Positions 8,911 to 17,584 of a stretch of 35,259 nt of DNA are shown piece after piece (the first letter of the stretch is position 1; each line of letters begins with the position of its first letter). Origin of the DNA: a virus (lineage: Duplodnaviria > Caudoviricetes). Under the pieces are notes generated by a model. The model saw only the letters and a program-made list of their open reading frames with translations, was not told the DNA's origin and ran no database searches. Both the position numbers and the translations under genes were made by a program. The DNA lies in the IMG/VR virus record IMGVR_UViG_3300027909_000048, positions 1 through 35,259 of that record; one strand, 5' to 3'.

Positions 8911-9113
8911 AGAAGAAGGATGTCAAGGTAGGGACCCGAGTGGTCTGCGACGCCCATCCGTTCAAGGGGCGGGTCGGTACAGTGATCAAGATCACTCACG
9001 TCACCGTGCACGTATGGTGCGACATCGGCGATGCGCTAGGTCGTCAGTTGATCCGGATGCGTGCGAAGGACCTAGTGCCAGAGGAGGAGTTCTTGAGTGG
9101 CCTTGCCCGCTGA
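8907..9113 (+). CDS. small KOW/SH3-like protein
   Basis: GGAGGAG RBS; VKVGTRV.....PFKGRVGTVIKI KOW-like motif. Confidence 0.6.
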   Translation: MKKKDVKVGTRVVCDAHPFKGRVGTVIKITHVTVHVWCDIGDALGRQLIRMRAKDLVPEEEFLSGLAR

Positions 9114-10002
9114 GGACCTCTTCGCTTATCAGCAGGGCGTCATTGCTCCTGCACGCATAACGACCGGCATCACGCAAGGTGAGCTCGCTCGGACGTTGCA
9201 CGATGCTGCCGTTGAGGCGCACGAGATGATGCTGTTCAACATGCGACGAGCGGCCAACCTGACCGGTGCTGCTCAGCTTCAGGCTGCGGCGAAGGGGTTG
9301 GGGTCGCTGAGCTCATCTCTTTGGGGCACGATCGGCAACCAGGTCAAGGCGGGTATTCACAACGCAGCCGATCTAGCTGTCAACCAGCAGTTGGATCGTG
9401 AGTACTTGCTCGGCATGCCGTTCAACGCCATCCGTCAGTATCAGGACACCATGTTCTTCAACGCCTTCCATCATGCCGAGTCAATCATCAGCAGGCGTAC
9501 TGAGGGCTTCGCTCTTAGCGAGAGGATCTACAAGAATGCCCAAGTCGGAACAGCGCAAGCCGGACGAATCATCGAACGTGGTCTCGCTCGAGGAGCATCG
9601 GCAAGAGAGATTGCGAAGGCAACACGAGATCTCTTCGACCCAAGTGTTCCTGGCGGAACGAGCTACGCCGCCATGCGACTCGGACGAACCGAGATCAACA
9701 ATGCTCACCACTCTACCACGATCCGTCTCACCCAGGACCAGCCTTGGGTTACTGGATACCGATGGAATCTCAGTAGATCCCATCCGAAACCCGATGTTTG
9801 TGATGCTCTGGCACTCGGGTCTAGTCGAGGTAGGGAATTCTCTGCCGGAGAGTACTCCAAGCAGGACGCCCCATCCAAGCCTCATCCCCAGTGCCTCTGC
9901 TACCTCTCGATCATCCAGGTCGACAGGGAAGAATTCCTTGACGGACTAGTGCAGGGCAAGTACGACCGCCATCTCGGCGACAACCTAGGAGTGAGATGTT
10001 AG
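9097..10002 (+). CDS. MuF-like (SPP1 gp7-like) head morphogenesis protein
   Basis: RLGRTEINNAH, W.LS.SH...DVCD and PHPQCLC motifs; follows portal. Confidence 0.85.
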   Translation: MALPAEDLFAYQQGVIAPARITTGITQGELARTLHDAAVEAHEMMLFNMRRAANLTGAAQLQAAAKGLGSLSSSLWGTIGNQVKAGIHNAADLAVNQQLDREYLLGMPFNAIRQYQDTMFFNAFHHAESIISRRTEGFALSERIYKNAQVGTAQAGRIIERGLARGASAREIAKATRDLFDPSVPGGTSYAAMRLGRTEINNAHHSTTIRLTQDQPWVTGYRWNLSRSHPKPDVCDALALGSSRGREFSAGEYSKQDAPSKPHPQCLCYLSIIQVDREEFLDGLVQGKYDRHLGDNLGVRC

Positions 10003-10202
10003 GATCCGAGGCGTTCTTCAACACATCCGCAGCGACCTACCCGACTCTCAACGAGAGATCCATATTTCACGCCGTGCCTCATGGCGACGGCACATGGGAT
10101 GTGATCGACACTCGTACAGCCGCAGTCGTGGCGAACGTTCCGACCCAATTGGACGCAGCCGGTAATGCTGGCTTCCGGAACTCCTTGCTGGATGGCATCT
10201 GA
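9996..10202 (+). CDS. hypothetical protein
   Basis: AGGAG RBS; overlaps the MuF stop. Confidence 0.55.
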   Translation: MLGSEAFFNTSAATYPTLNERSIFHAVPHGDGTWDVIDTRTAAVVANVPTQLDAAGNAGFRNSLLDGI

Positions 10203-10417
10203 TGAAGACATCAAAGGCGGCTTTCGTGGCTGCGAGCATTGCTGTGATCCTTGTGATCTACGAGTGGCTCGCAGTCGTGTTCAACGTGGTGCCAACCATC
10301 ACCGAGATCCTCGAGGCCAACGAGTGGCTTGAGTTCGGGGTCTTCGCTGCTCTGTTCATCTGGTTGGCCCATCACTTCAAGTGGGTCGGTGATCTCCTGA
10401 AGCTTCTGGGCAAGTGA
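10202..10417 (+). CDS. small two-TM membrane protein
   Basis: Two hydrophobic segments with a PTITE linker; coupled on both sides. Confidence 0.65.
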   Translation: MKTSKAAFVAASIAVILVIYEWLAVVFNVVPTITEILEANEWLEFGVFAALFIWLAHHFKWVGDLLKLLGK

Positions 10418-12048
10418 CCACGCTCGGCTCGTGCCTACTCGCTAACGACATCCCCTTCGAAGGTTTGGCGAAGGAGATCGTTGAGCGACGTGTGCAGGGC
10501 CAGTCCTGGAAGCAGATCGGCGAGGAGCTCAACATCGGCAGTCCCGGTGCAGCCCGTGCGAAGTTCACGAAGCTGACCGGCATCAAGGACTACAAGGTCA
10601 AGGGCCAAGAGCTTCTCAAGCTCGTCAAGGAAGGGCCAGGAATCCCCGAAGCACCTACGATTCCGAAGACCCCATCAAAGTCGGCTGCGCAGAAGGCGGC
10701 GACGGAAGCCAAGAAGGTTGACGTTCCGAAGGTGGTTCAAGAAGACTGGCGTTTGTTCGGGCAGAAGCAGATCAACCTCATCGATGACGAGTCGATCAGG
10801 GCCATCTACCGCCAGGCTTGGAAGAACACCGACTGGTCAGACATCAATGCTGTCAAGTCGTTCTTTGACGCCACCAGCACGCATGTCAAGAAGCCGGCGA
10901 ACCTGGACTTCTGGGTTGAGCAGAAGGGAGTCGTGCAGAAGGCGAAGGCGCCGTTGCCGAAGACCAAGGCTCCAGACGTCACAGTTTCTGCCGACAAGTA
11001 CAACTGGGATCTCAGCTTCGGAGAGCTCCCTAAGATCGACGACATTGACAGCGACACCGTTCTAAAGATCAGGAAGCTTCACGATCAGAAGAACGGTTAC
11101 ATGGCGATCTCGCAGAAGGTGCCTGGCGTCAGCACCGAACAGATCGACCGGGTCGTTGCTCGCCACGAACTTCAGAAGGCTGGATACAGTCCGTACGAGG
11201 CGTTGAAGGCGAAGCCGTCCAGCATCACGCTTCAGAAGGCAGTTGCCGACAAGGTGATGGATGCCACGAAGAAGGGGCTTAGTGCGGCGGACATCTCTGG
11301 GTCCATGAAGATCCCTAAGTCCATCGTTGACGATATTCTGCGCAAGAAGGGCAACTGGTCTCTGCCGTTCGGCAAGAAGCTCCCAGAGTTCAATCCTGAG
11401 GAACTGAAGCTGCCGGACTATCAGACGGCAACTGCCAAGGTTCCGTCGAACATCAAGATGGGCGACAAGAAGCCAGGAACGGGTTCGGGAGCCGGCGAGG
11501 TCGATGAGGCTCTCTTCCCAAGGGGAACCAATCAGCAGTTGCAGCAGATGCGGCTCCGGTTGTGGAACGAGGCCAGGGACGCAGCAGATCGACATCTGCC
11601 CGAGCATCACGTTCGTTCATACACGGGTTCTACCTATCATTCTGTCAACACCAGCCTGAGGAATCGAGCAGGCCGAGGCTCCGCCACTGTCGTCAAGCAC
11701 ATGGACGATGCGATGTACTCAGTGGACGAGGCGTTCAGCGTGACCCGTGGCATGGGTGCCGACGGGCTGGGTCTTGCCTTCGGAGCCTCAGACGATGTGG
11801 TGAAGCAACTCGTGGGCAAGGTGATCCAAGACAAGGGCTTCATCTCCACATCCACGAAGCCGGTCTTCGGTAACAAGGTGAGGCTGAACATCGAGGTGCC
11901 AGAAGGTGCTCGAGGCCACTGGGCCAAGCCCATCTCAATCCACTCAAGCGAGGACGAGTTCATCCTTGCGAGAGGCACACGCTTCTTGGTGTTGGGTGTC
12001 GACACAACCGGCAACACGTGGAAGCTGAGAGTGAGGGTCATTGTCTGA
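10414..12048 (+). CDS. VIP2/C2-like (R-S-E) ADP-ribosyltransferase with N-terminal HTH-like repeats
   Basis: C-terminal YTG..Y..VN..LR, VTRG (R), FISTS (STS) and SEDEFILARG (ExE) motifs; HTH-like segments in the N-terminal two-thirds. Confidence 0.88.
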   Translation: MTTLGSCLLANDIPFEGLAKEIVERRVQGQSWKQIGEELNIGSPGAARAKFTKLTGIKDYKVKGQELLKLVKEGPGIPEAPTIPKTPSKSAAQKAATEAKKVDVPKVVQEDWRLFGQKQINLIDDESIRAIYRQAWKNTDWSDINAVKSFFDATSTHVKKPANLDFWVEQKGVVQKAKAPLPKTKAPDVTVSADKYNWDLSFGELPKIDDIDSDTVLKIRKLHDQKNGYMAISQKVPGVSTEQIDRVVARHELQKAGYSPYEALKAKPSSITLQKAVADKVMDATKKGLSAADISGSMKIPKSIVDDILRKKGNWSLPFGKKLPEFNPEELKLPDYQTATAKVPSNIKMGDKKPGTGSGAGEVDEALFPRGTNQQLQQMRLRLWNEARDAADRHLPEHHVRSYTGSTYHSVNTSLRNRAGRGSATVVKHMDDAMYSVDEAFSVTRGMGADGLGLAFGASDDVVKQLVGKVIQDKGFISTSTKPVFGNKVRLNIEVPEGARGHWAKPISIHSSEDEFILARGTRFLVLGVDTTGNTWKLRVRVIV

Positions 12049-12265
12049 TATCAGCAAGTTCCATCCAGACAGCGGCGAGCCTCAGTTTCAGGTCGTGGGC
12101 ATCTGTGGTTCATGCATTTGGCAGCGCCAGAATCCCTTTACTTGTCGGGCGTTTCCTGATGGGATCCCAATGGAGATTCTCGTTGGGGATGTGTTGCATA
12201 CACGTCCGTACAAGGGCGACAACGGGATTCAATTCAGGCGAAAGGGGCCGCAGGGCATCAGCTAG
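12041..12265 (+). CDS. small Cys-rich protein, candidate ART immunity/partner
   Basis: CxxC...C.AFPDGIP.EI..G...H..P..GDNGIQF; overlaps the ART stop. Confidence 0.7.
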   Translation: MSDISKFHPDSGEPQFQVVGICGSCIWQRQNPFTCRAFPDGIPMEILVGDVLHTRPYKGDNGIQFRRKGPQGIS

Positions 12266-12273
12266 CAGGGCGC

Positions 12274-12303
12274 TTGCGCCAGCAGGGCATTCGGCTGTAC
12301 CCT
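12274..12303 (+). promoter_or_regulatory. putative late promoter for the scaffold/capsid operon
   Basis: TTGCGC-N18-TACCCT; shares TTGC...GTACCCTG with identical spacing to the 4398 promoter. Confidence 0.5.
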
Positions 12304-12312
12304 GTCCCGCCA

Positions 12313-13032
12313 ATGGGCAACGAACCGGACACTCAACTCGGGCGACATCTCCTCGCCCTCCTTGCAGCCATCGGCGCCACGAGCGCCGACGATGACGATG
12401 AGGACGAAGAGGAGGAGGAGCAAGAGGAAGAAGAGGAGTCCGAGAAGTCCAAGCGAGGCGACAGCGACGAAGTCAAGCGCCTGCGCACGGAAGCCAAGCG
12501 TCGGCGTCTCGAAGCCCGTGACTGGAAGAGGAAGTATTCAGATCTCGACGCCAGGTTCAGAGCGATCGAGGACAAGGACAAGACCGAACTCGAGCGCAGC
12601 ATTACCGAGTTGGACGGGCTGAAGAAGGAAGTCGCTGACATGAAGCCTCTGCTCGAGGAAGCTCAGCGTGAGCTGGCTTTCTTCAAGAGCGGAGTCTCTG
12701 CTCAGTTCCAGAACCCCGCCCATGCACTTCGCCTGATCGACCTCAAGGATGTCGATCTCAGCGAGATGGACGCCGAGGAAGTGGCGTCTGCGATGAAGGA
12801 GAAGGCGGAGGCACTCCTGAAGGAGTCTCCGTATCTCAAGGTCGCTGCCGGAGGCAGCAACGGGGGCGAGAACGGCGAGAACGGTCAGGGTCAGGGCGGA
12901 AAGCCTGACACGACCGGAGCCGGTCAAGCCCGTGGGAAGGCTGGGAAGAACCAGCCTGACGACAACGCTGCCCTCCTCAAGCGATTCCCCGGCCTTGCTG
13001 GCAGGATCGACGCAGGAACGCAGCAGTCCTGA
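12313..13032 (+). CDS. capsid scaffolding protein
   Basis: Acidic stretch, coiled coil (LRTEAKRRR, DKDKTELER), LLKESPYL and a Gly-rich tail; precedes the capsid genes. ATG 12313 is preferred over TTG 12274. Confidence 0.85.
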   Translation: MGNEPDTQLGRHLLALLAAIGATSADDDDEDEEEEEQEEEEESEKSKRGDSDEVKRLRTEAKRRRLEARDWKRKYSDLDARFRAIEDKDKTELERSITELDGLKKEVADMKPLLEEAQRELAFFKSGVSAQFQNPAHALRLIDLKDVDLSEMDAEEVASAMKEKAEALLKESPYLKVAAGGSNGGENGENGQGQGGKPDTTGAGQARGKAGKNQPDDNAALLKRFPGLAGRIDAGTQQS

Positions 13033-13059
13033 CAACCTGCTCAGCAAGGAGGAGCCTAC

Positions 13060-13443
13060 GTGGCTCGCTACGACAAGTACGACCCGATCTCGGGCGGCTT
13101 TCGTGCACCTCTCAACGCTGATCTCGCTGCTACGTCCAAGACCGGCAACGGCAACCCGATCTATGTGTCGCTGAACTCCAGCGGTCGTGTGGTCCCGGGC
13201 GGCGACGTCGGTACGGCGACTCGAGTCGGTGTCTTGTGCACCATCGAGGACAAGAAGGCCGGTGACATCGTCGATGTCATGACCTCAGGCGAGATCGTCG
13301 AGTGTGCTGCACTCGCTGCCGGAGCCATCGTCACAGGTCTCACGACCGCACCCGGTACCGTCGATGACGTGGCGGCAGACGCCACGCACATCCGGCTCGG
13401 GCACACGGTCGAGGCCGAGCGCCTGATCGTGAGGGCAACCTGA
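13060..13443 (+). CDS. capsid decoration/cement protein
   Basis: 127 aa between scaffold and MCP; AG..VDVMT.GEIVE and RLGHTVEA.RLIVR beta-rich motifs. Confidence 0.7.
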   Translation: MARYDKYDPISGGFRAPLNADLAATSKTGNGNPIYVSLNSSGRVVPGGDVGTATRVGVLCTIEDKKAGDIVDVMTSGEIVECAALAAGAIVTGLTTAPGTVDDVAADATHIRLGHTVEAERLIVRAT

Positions 13444-14675
13444 TGGGCGGATACCGCACCCGCACTGGGGTTCTCATCCCCGACGCCGTCGAGATGGACA
13501 AGCTCATCGACTGTGGTCTCGGTGCGCCTGTGTTCTCGCTCGAGGAGGCCTTCCTTCAGGTCCTCGGGCAGAGCCTGGGTGCTCGAGGCATCATGGCGCA
13601 GGGCGACGTTCTCACCCAGACGATCGACGGCCGTGATCTCAACGAGATGTGGAACGACTTCATCCGGGCGCTCAACGCCTTCAACACCCGTCGTTCCCAG
13701 ATCGTCGACCTTCTGTCGTTCGGCGTCAGCCAGCCGGTCGAAGATGTTCCTCAGGTCGCCGGTGACGACTTCGAGGAAGCATCCGAGTACGGCTTGCCGA
13801 AGAAGATCCGGGGCGGGGACTTCTTCAACCTGGCGTACGACTTCAAGTGGTACGACCTAGGCGTTGGGTTCACGTGGCAGTTCCTCGCCGAGTCGACCGC
13901 ACAGCAGGTCGACAGCGTCAACAACCAGGTGTTCGAGGCCGACAACCGGCTCATGTTCTCGAAGGTCCTGAAGCGGATCTTCAACAACACGGGCGGCACG
14001 ACGGTCATCCGGAAGAACCAGTTCAACGTCTACCCGTTCTACAACGGAGACGCCACGGTTCCTCCGCCCTGGAAGACCACGGTGCACACGGCACCTCACA
14101 ACCACTACCTCGCCCTCGGCGTTCCCCCGCTCACGTCAGCGGACCTGGATGCCATGGAGGATCACCTCAAGCATCACGGGTACGGTCGCCAGAACGGCAG
14201 CCGTCTTCTGATGCTGGTGAACAGCGCCGAGCTCGCTGTCATCCGGAACTTCCGGGTGGCGACAGGCTCGGGCTACGACTTCATCCCTGCGGCCGGTCAG
14301 CCTCCGTGGCTGTTGCCGTCCAACACGGGTGGTGTCGTGATCCCTCAGGGGCTGGGTATCCCTGCCAACATCGGCGGCATCGAGATCGCCGGTCGATACG
14401 GGTCCTGGCTGATCGCCGAAGAGGACTACATCCCTGCGGGCTACCTCCTCGGCTTCGCCACCGGCGGCGACAACCAGGCCACGAACCCTGTCGGCATCCG
14501 GGAGCATCAGAACGCTGGCCTTCGGGGTCTGCGGATCGTCAAGGGTCGTGACCCGGACTACCCGCTCATCGACTCCTACTACCAGCGAGGCTTCGGCACG
14601 GGCGTTCGTCATCGTGGAGCCGGCGTGGTTGGGCAACTCGCCGCTTCCTACACGATCCCGACCGCCTACGTCTGA
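13443..14675 (+). CDS. major capsid protein
   Basis: 410 aa with strong C-ending codon bias. Actinophage MCP-type motifs GDVL..T.DG.DLN..W, FEEASEYG.P and YPLIDSYYQRGFGTGVRHRG. Confidence 0.88.
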   Translation: MGGYRTRTGVLIPDAVEMDKLIDCGLGAPVFSLEEAFLQVLGQSLGARGIMAQGDVLTQTIDGRDLNEMWNDFIRALNAFNTRRSQIVDLLSFGVSQPVEDVPQVAGDDFEEASEYGLPKKIRGGDFFNLAYDFKWYDLGVGFTWQFLAESTAQQVDSVNNQVFEADNRLMFSKVLKRIFNNTGGTTVIRKNQFNVYPFYNGDATVPPPWKTTVHTAPHNHYLALGVPPLTSADLDAMEDHLKHHGYGRQNGSRLLMLVNSAELAVIRNFRVATGSGYDFIPAAGQPPWLLPSNTGGVVIPQGLGIPANIGGIEIAGRYGSWLIAEEDYIPAGYLLGFATGGDNQATNPVGIREHQNAGLRGLRIVKGRDPDYPLIDSYYQRGFGTGVRHRGAGVVGQLAASYTIPTAYV

Positions 14676-14683
14676 TCCACTTC

Positions 14684-14725
14684 GTCCGGTGGGGTCAGGT
14701 TCTGCCCAGCCTGGCTCCACTGGAC
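14684..14725 (+). terminator. stem-loop after the major capsid gene (terminator/attenuator or mRNA stabiliser)
   Basis: GTCCGGTGGGGTCAGG / CCTGGCTCCACTGGAC, a 16-bp stem with G.U pairs; no U-tract. Confidence 0.6.
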
Positions 14726-14745
14726 ACGAGCCTCTAGGAGGAGGC

Positions 14746-15216
14746 ATGACAGCACCTTCTGTTCGAGATCTTCTCGACGAGACGGCGGCCGACAGTGTCG
14801 ACCCTCGTTACGTCGACAAGGTCGAGCGCATGAAGAACCGGATGTCCGACGAAGAGATCGCACGGTTCCTCTGGGACCGAGGCAAGCTCGACGGCGAGAA
14901 CGTCCGCAAGTACGGGTTCCACAAGACCATGTCCAACGTCAGCGCCAGCGAGATCCCCGAGGAAGCGCCCGACTACGTCGGCGATGTGGGAACGGCCGAG
15001 GCCGCCGGTCTCAAGCAGAACCTCTCGGCCGCTGCCAACCAGACCGACGAGGGCATCGAGGATCTCGATGAGGACGACGGTGAGGAGCTCACGGCCAAGT
15101 CACCCAAGCCGGTCCTCGAGGCAGAGGCCGAGCAGCGGGGCCTGTCCACTGCGGGCACCCGGCAGGAGATCTTCGATCGCATCGTCGAGTACGACGAGGC
15201 ACAGGCGGCGGGCTGA
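14746..15216 (+). CDS. acidic protein with C-terminal SAP/HeH-like domain
   Basis: AGGAGGAGG RBS; L.AEAEQRGLSTAGTRQEIFDRI matches the SAP pattern. Confidence 0.7.
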   Translation: MTAPSVRDLLDETAADSVDPRYVDKVERMKNRMSDEEIARFLWDRGKLDGENVRKYGFHKTMSNVSASEIPEEAPDYVGDVGTAEAAGLKQNLSAAANQTDEGIEDLDEDDGEELTAKSPKPVLEAEAEQRGLSTAGTRQEIFDRIVEYDEAQAAG

Positions 15217-15219
15217 CGG

Positions 15220-15537
15220 ATGGCATCCGCTACCGAGATTCTCCAGGTTCGTCGAAACACGAGCGAGCTAGAGACGACGACGTACGACGACTCAACAGTC
15301 TCGGGGCTGATCGACGACTCCTCGGTGAATCTCGCTAGCGGTACCATCTGGCTGTGGAAGGCCGCTGCGTACGCAGAGCTCGTGAACGTGAGTGAAGCAG
15401 GCGCCTCTCGTGCGATGAGCGACCTTTTCAAGCACGCTCAGGAAATGGCTGCGTACTGGACAGGCAAGGGCGAAGAGGAAACCGAGGCGACCGCTGGTGG
15501 TCACGCTCGGGTTCACACAATCCAGCGAACGGAGTGA
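15220..15537 (+). CDS. head-to-tail adaptor
   Basis: Position; W..KAA.YAELVNVSEAGASR..SDL motif. Confidence 0.7.
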   Translation: MASATEILQVRRNTSELETTTYDDSTVSGLIDDSSVNLASGTIWLWKAAAYAELVNVSEAGASRAMSDLFKHAQEMAAYWTGKGEEETEATAGGHARVHTIQRTE

Positions 15538-15538
15538 G

Positions 15539-15943
15539 ATGACCACCTACTCTCTCAGCACGACGGGCGCCCCGACCGGTGGCTCGTTTCTGCTCAACAT
15601 CTCGACGGGTCCCACGAACGCACTGCGGACGTATCCCGCAACGATCCAGTGGAACTCCACGGCGGCTCAGGCCAAGGCTGCTCTCGAGTCCCTGCCGAAC
15701 CTGAAGGACGGCGCTGTTGCTGCGGCGGGAGGGCCTCTTCCGGCGACTCCGATCACGCTTCAGTTCGAGGGCATGCTCAAGGAGACCCCTCAGGTCGTAG
15801 CAGTCGGCACGAACTCTCTCACGGGCGGTACCACTCCTGCTCCGGCGGTATCGGAGGACACGACCAAGCGTCACGATCTTCCCGGTCGCAACGACACGGG
15901 TAAGGTCGCAACTCGTGCCAGTGGTGGGGCCTGGGGGAACTGA
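15539..15943 (+). CDS. virion accessory protein (TGGSF.L...I.WN...A...AALE.L module)
   Basis: Module recurrent in actinophage structural proteins; GGAG RBS. Confidence 0.6.
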   Translation: MTTYSLSTTGAPTGGSFLLNISTGPTNALRTYPATIQWNSTAAQAKAALESLPNLKDGAVAAAGGPLPATPITLQFEGMLKETPQVVAVGTNSLTGGTTPAPAVSEDTTKRHDLPGRNDTGKVATRASGGAWGN

Positions 15944-15948
15944 TCCTC

Positions 15949-16332
15949 ATGGCAGCCGTCGACGACGTCATCACGCAAGCATTCATCTCGGAGAACCCCT
16001 TCGAGATAGTGATGCGTCGTCGTGACAAGCTGCCTCAGGAAGACGGAGGGTTCCTCTGGGGTCCGGAGCAGCCGAAGCCTGCGCAGACATGTCGGCTCGT
16101 GCAGAGCGGCCGGGTGGGCGCAGCGGGCCAGCGCCACACGCCAGACGGCAGGCTCCGGGAGGTAGTGGCAACGTTGGTCTTCATGGCAGGGGCCGATGTG
16201 CAGATCGGAGATCTGTGCAACATTCCTGACGATGTGGCTGCCGGAGACCATGGTCTCATCGGCGAGTGGATAGTGATGGACATCAGCGGTCGTTGGGCTG
16301 TGAATGCGGAGATCGCTAAGCATGCCTCTTAA
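15949..16332 (+). CDS. head-to-tail stopper
   Basis: Position; beta-rich with an ADVQIGD motif. Confidence 0.65.
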   Translation: MAAVDDVITQAFISENPFEIVMRRRDKLPQEDGGFLWGPEQPKPAQTCRLVQSGRVGAAGQRHTPDGRLREVVATLVFMAGADVQIGDLCNIPDDVAAGDHGLIGEWIVMDISGRWAVNAEIAKHAS

Positions 16333-16690
16333 AGCGAAGTACGTCGAGGTCTCGAACCCCATTCCGACAAGGATGAGGACGCTTCGCTTTGGACTGCCGA
16401 AGGCCATCCAGTACGTGGGCGAGTACAACGCCAACGAGGGCCAGAACTTCATGAGGGCGAACGCCCCGTGGACAGATAGGACCGGCAACGCTCGCCAGGG
16501 TCTCTTCGCCCGCTACTTCAGGACTGGCGACTTCAGCTTCGTGATCGTGCTGTGGCACAGCGTTCCGTACGGCATCTGGTTGGAGCTTGCGCACGATCGC
16601 AAGTACAAGATCATAGAGCCTGCGTGGAGGCGCACAGGTCAGCAGGTGATGTCTGATCTGAACCGAGTCATGGGGAAGATTCGGGCATGA
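16322..16690 (+). CDS. HK97 gp10-like neck/tail completion protein
   Basis: NAPWTDRTGNARQGL and H.VPYGIWLE motifs. Confidence 0.8.
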   Translation: MPLKAKYVEVSNPIPTRMRTLRFGLPKAIQYVGEYNANEGQNFMRANAPWTDRTGNARQGLFARYFRTGDFSFVIVLWHSVPYGIWLELAHDRKYKIIEPAWRRTGQQVMSDLNRVMGKIRA

Positions 16691-17115
16691 ACGACTGGCC
16701 GACCTGGATGCGTGTCAAGCTCAAGAACGATGCCGACTTCATCTCCAATCTCGGTGACGGAGTGAACAGCGTCTACGGAGCAGGCTCTCTCAACGGTCCG
16801 CCTAGTCGCAAGCCGTTCCTAATCATCCACTCAGACGATGACGCTAGAGGCCCGTTCCCCGGCATGGGTCAGAGTCTGTGCAGCATCCACGTGCATGACG
16901 AGCCGGGGTCGTACGCACGCATCAGAACGATTCTCCACAAGGCCCGCCTCGTGTTGTGCGGTCCTACGCTAGAACGAGCAACGCTTGGGACAGGAGCGGA
17001 AGCTGGCGGAATGATCCGGTGGCTTAACGATTCTGCCGATCTCGCCGACGAGGGTTTCAACACCATCGTTCGGACTAGCCAATACCAATTGAACGGAGCA
17101 GACGGAGATGACTGA
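16687..17115 (+). CDS. tail terminator
   Basis: Position; PFLII, VHDEPGSY.RI and W..DS.DL.D motifs. Confidence 0.7.
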   Translation: MNDWPTWMRVKLKNDADFISNLGDGVNSVYGAGSLNGPPSRKPFLIIHSDDDARGPFPGMGQSLCSIHVHDEPGSYARIRTILHKARLVLCGPTLERATLGTGAEAGGMIRWLNDSADLADEGFNTIVRTSQYQLNGADGDD

Positions 17116-17584
17116 CTATCGCTACATCGGGATCGCCGATGAGGTGAGCCTCAGCGAAGAGGACTTCACCCGGCACGACGTGACCGATCAGGGCGCCGTG
17201 AAGTTCAACAAGGACAACGACTTCACACAGCCGTTGAGCGACTCGGCGGCGGAGATGCTGCGGGCGCAGGGGTTCCAGATGATGTCGGTGGAGGACTACA
17301 ACTCCTTTCTGGAGAAGAAGCGAGCCGATCTCGCCGAAGCGGACAAGGCGGCTGAGATGGAGACGCCGTCCTTCGTCCCGCCCACTCCCTCCGCAGACGA
17401 GCTCCGGGCCAGCATGCAGGCCGCCATTCCGGAACGTCCGGGTGCAGACGTCAGCCGAGACGACCTCGCCAACTACGCCTGGACGTACTACCAGATCCCG
17501 GCAGACACCGCCGAACACAACATGACCAAGGCGGAGATCAACAAGGCTCTCGACAAGGCGGAGAAGGACAAGGCCGAGGCCTGA
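17108..17584 (+). CDS. hypothetical structural-region protein
   Basis: 158 aa, GGAG RBS; N-terminus resembles that of 19726..20700, with an HeH-like C-terminus. Confidence 0.7.
   Translation: MTDYRYIGIADEVSLSEEDFTRHDVTDQGAVKFNKDNDFTQPLSDSAAEMLRAQGFQMMSVEDYNSFLEKKRADLAEADKAAEMETPSFVPPTPSADELRASMQAAIPERPGADVSRDDLANYAWTYYQIPADTAEHNMTKAEINKALDKAEKDKAEA

Noticed and set aside
12391-12440. GAG/GAA/GAC-rich low-complexity tract
   Set aside because: It encodes the acidic stretch of the scaffold protein and is not an independent repeat element.
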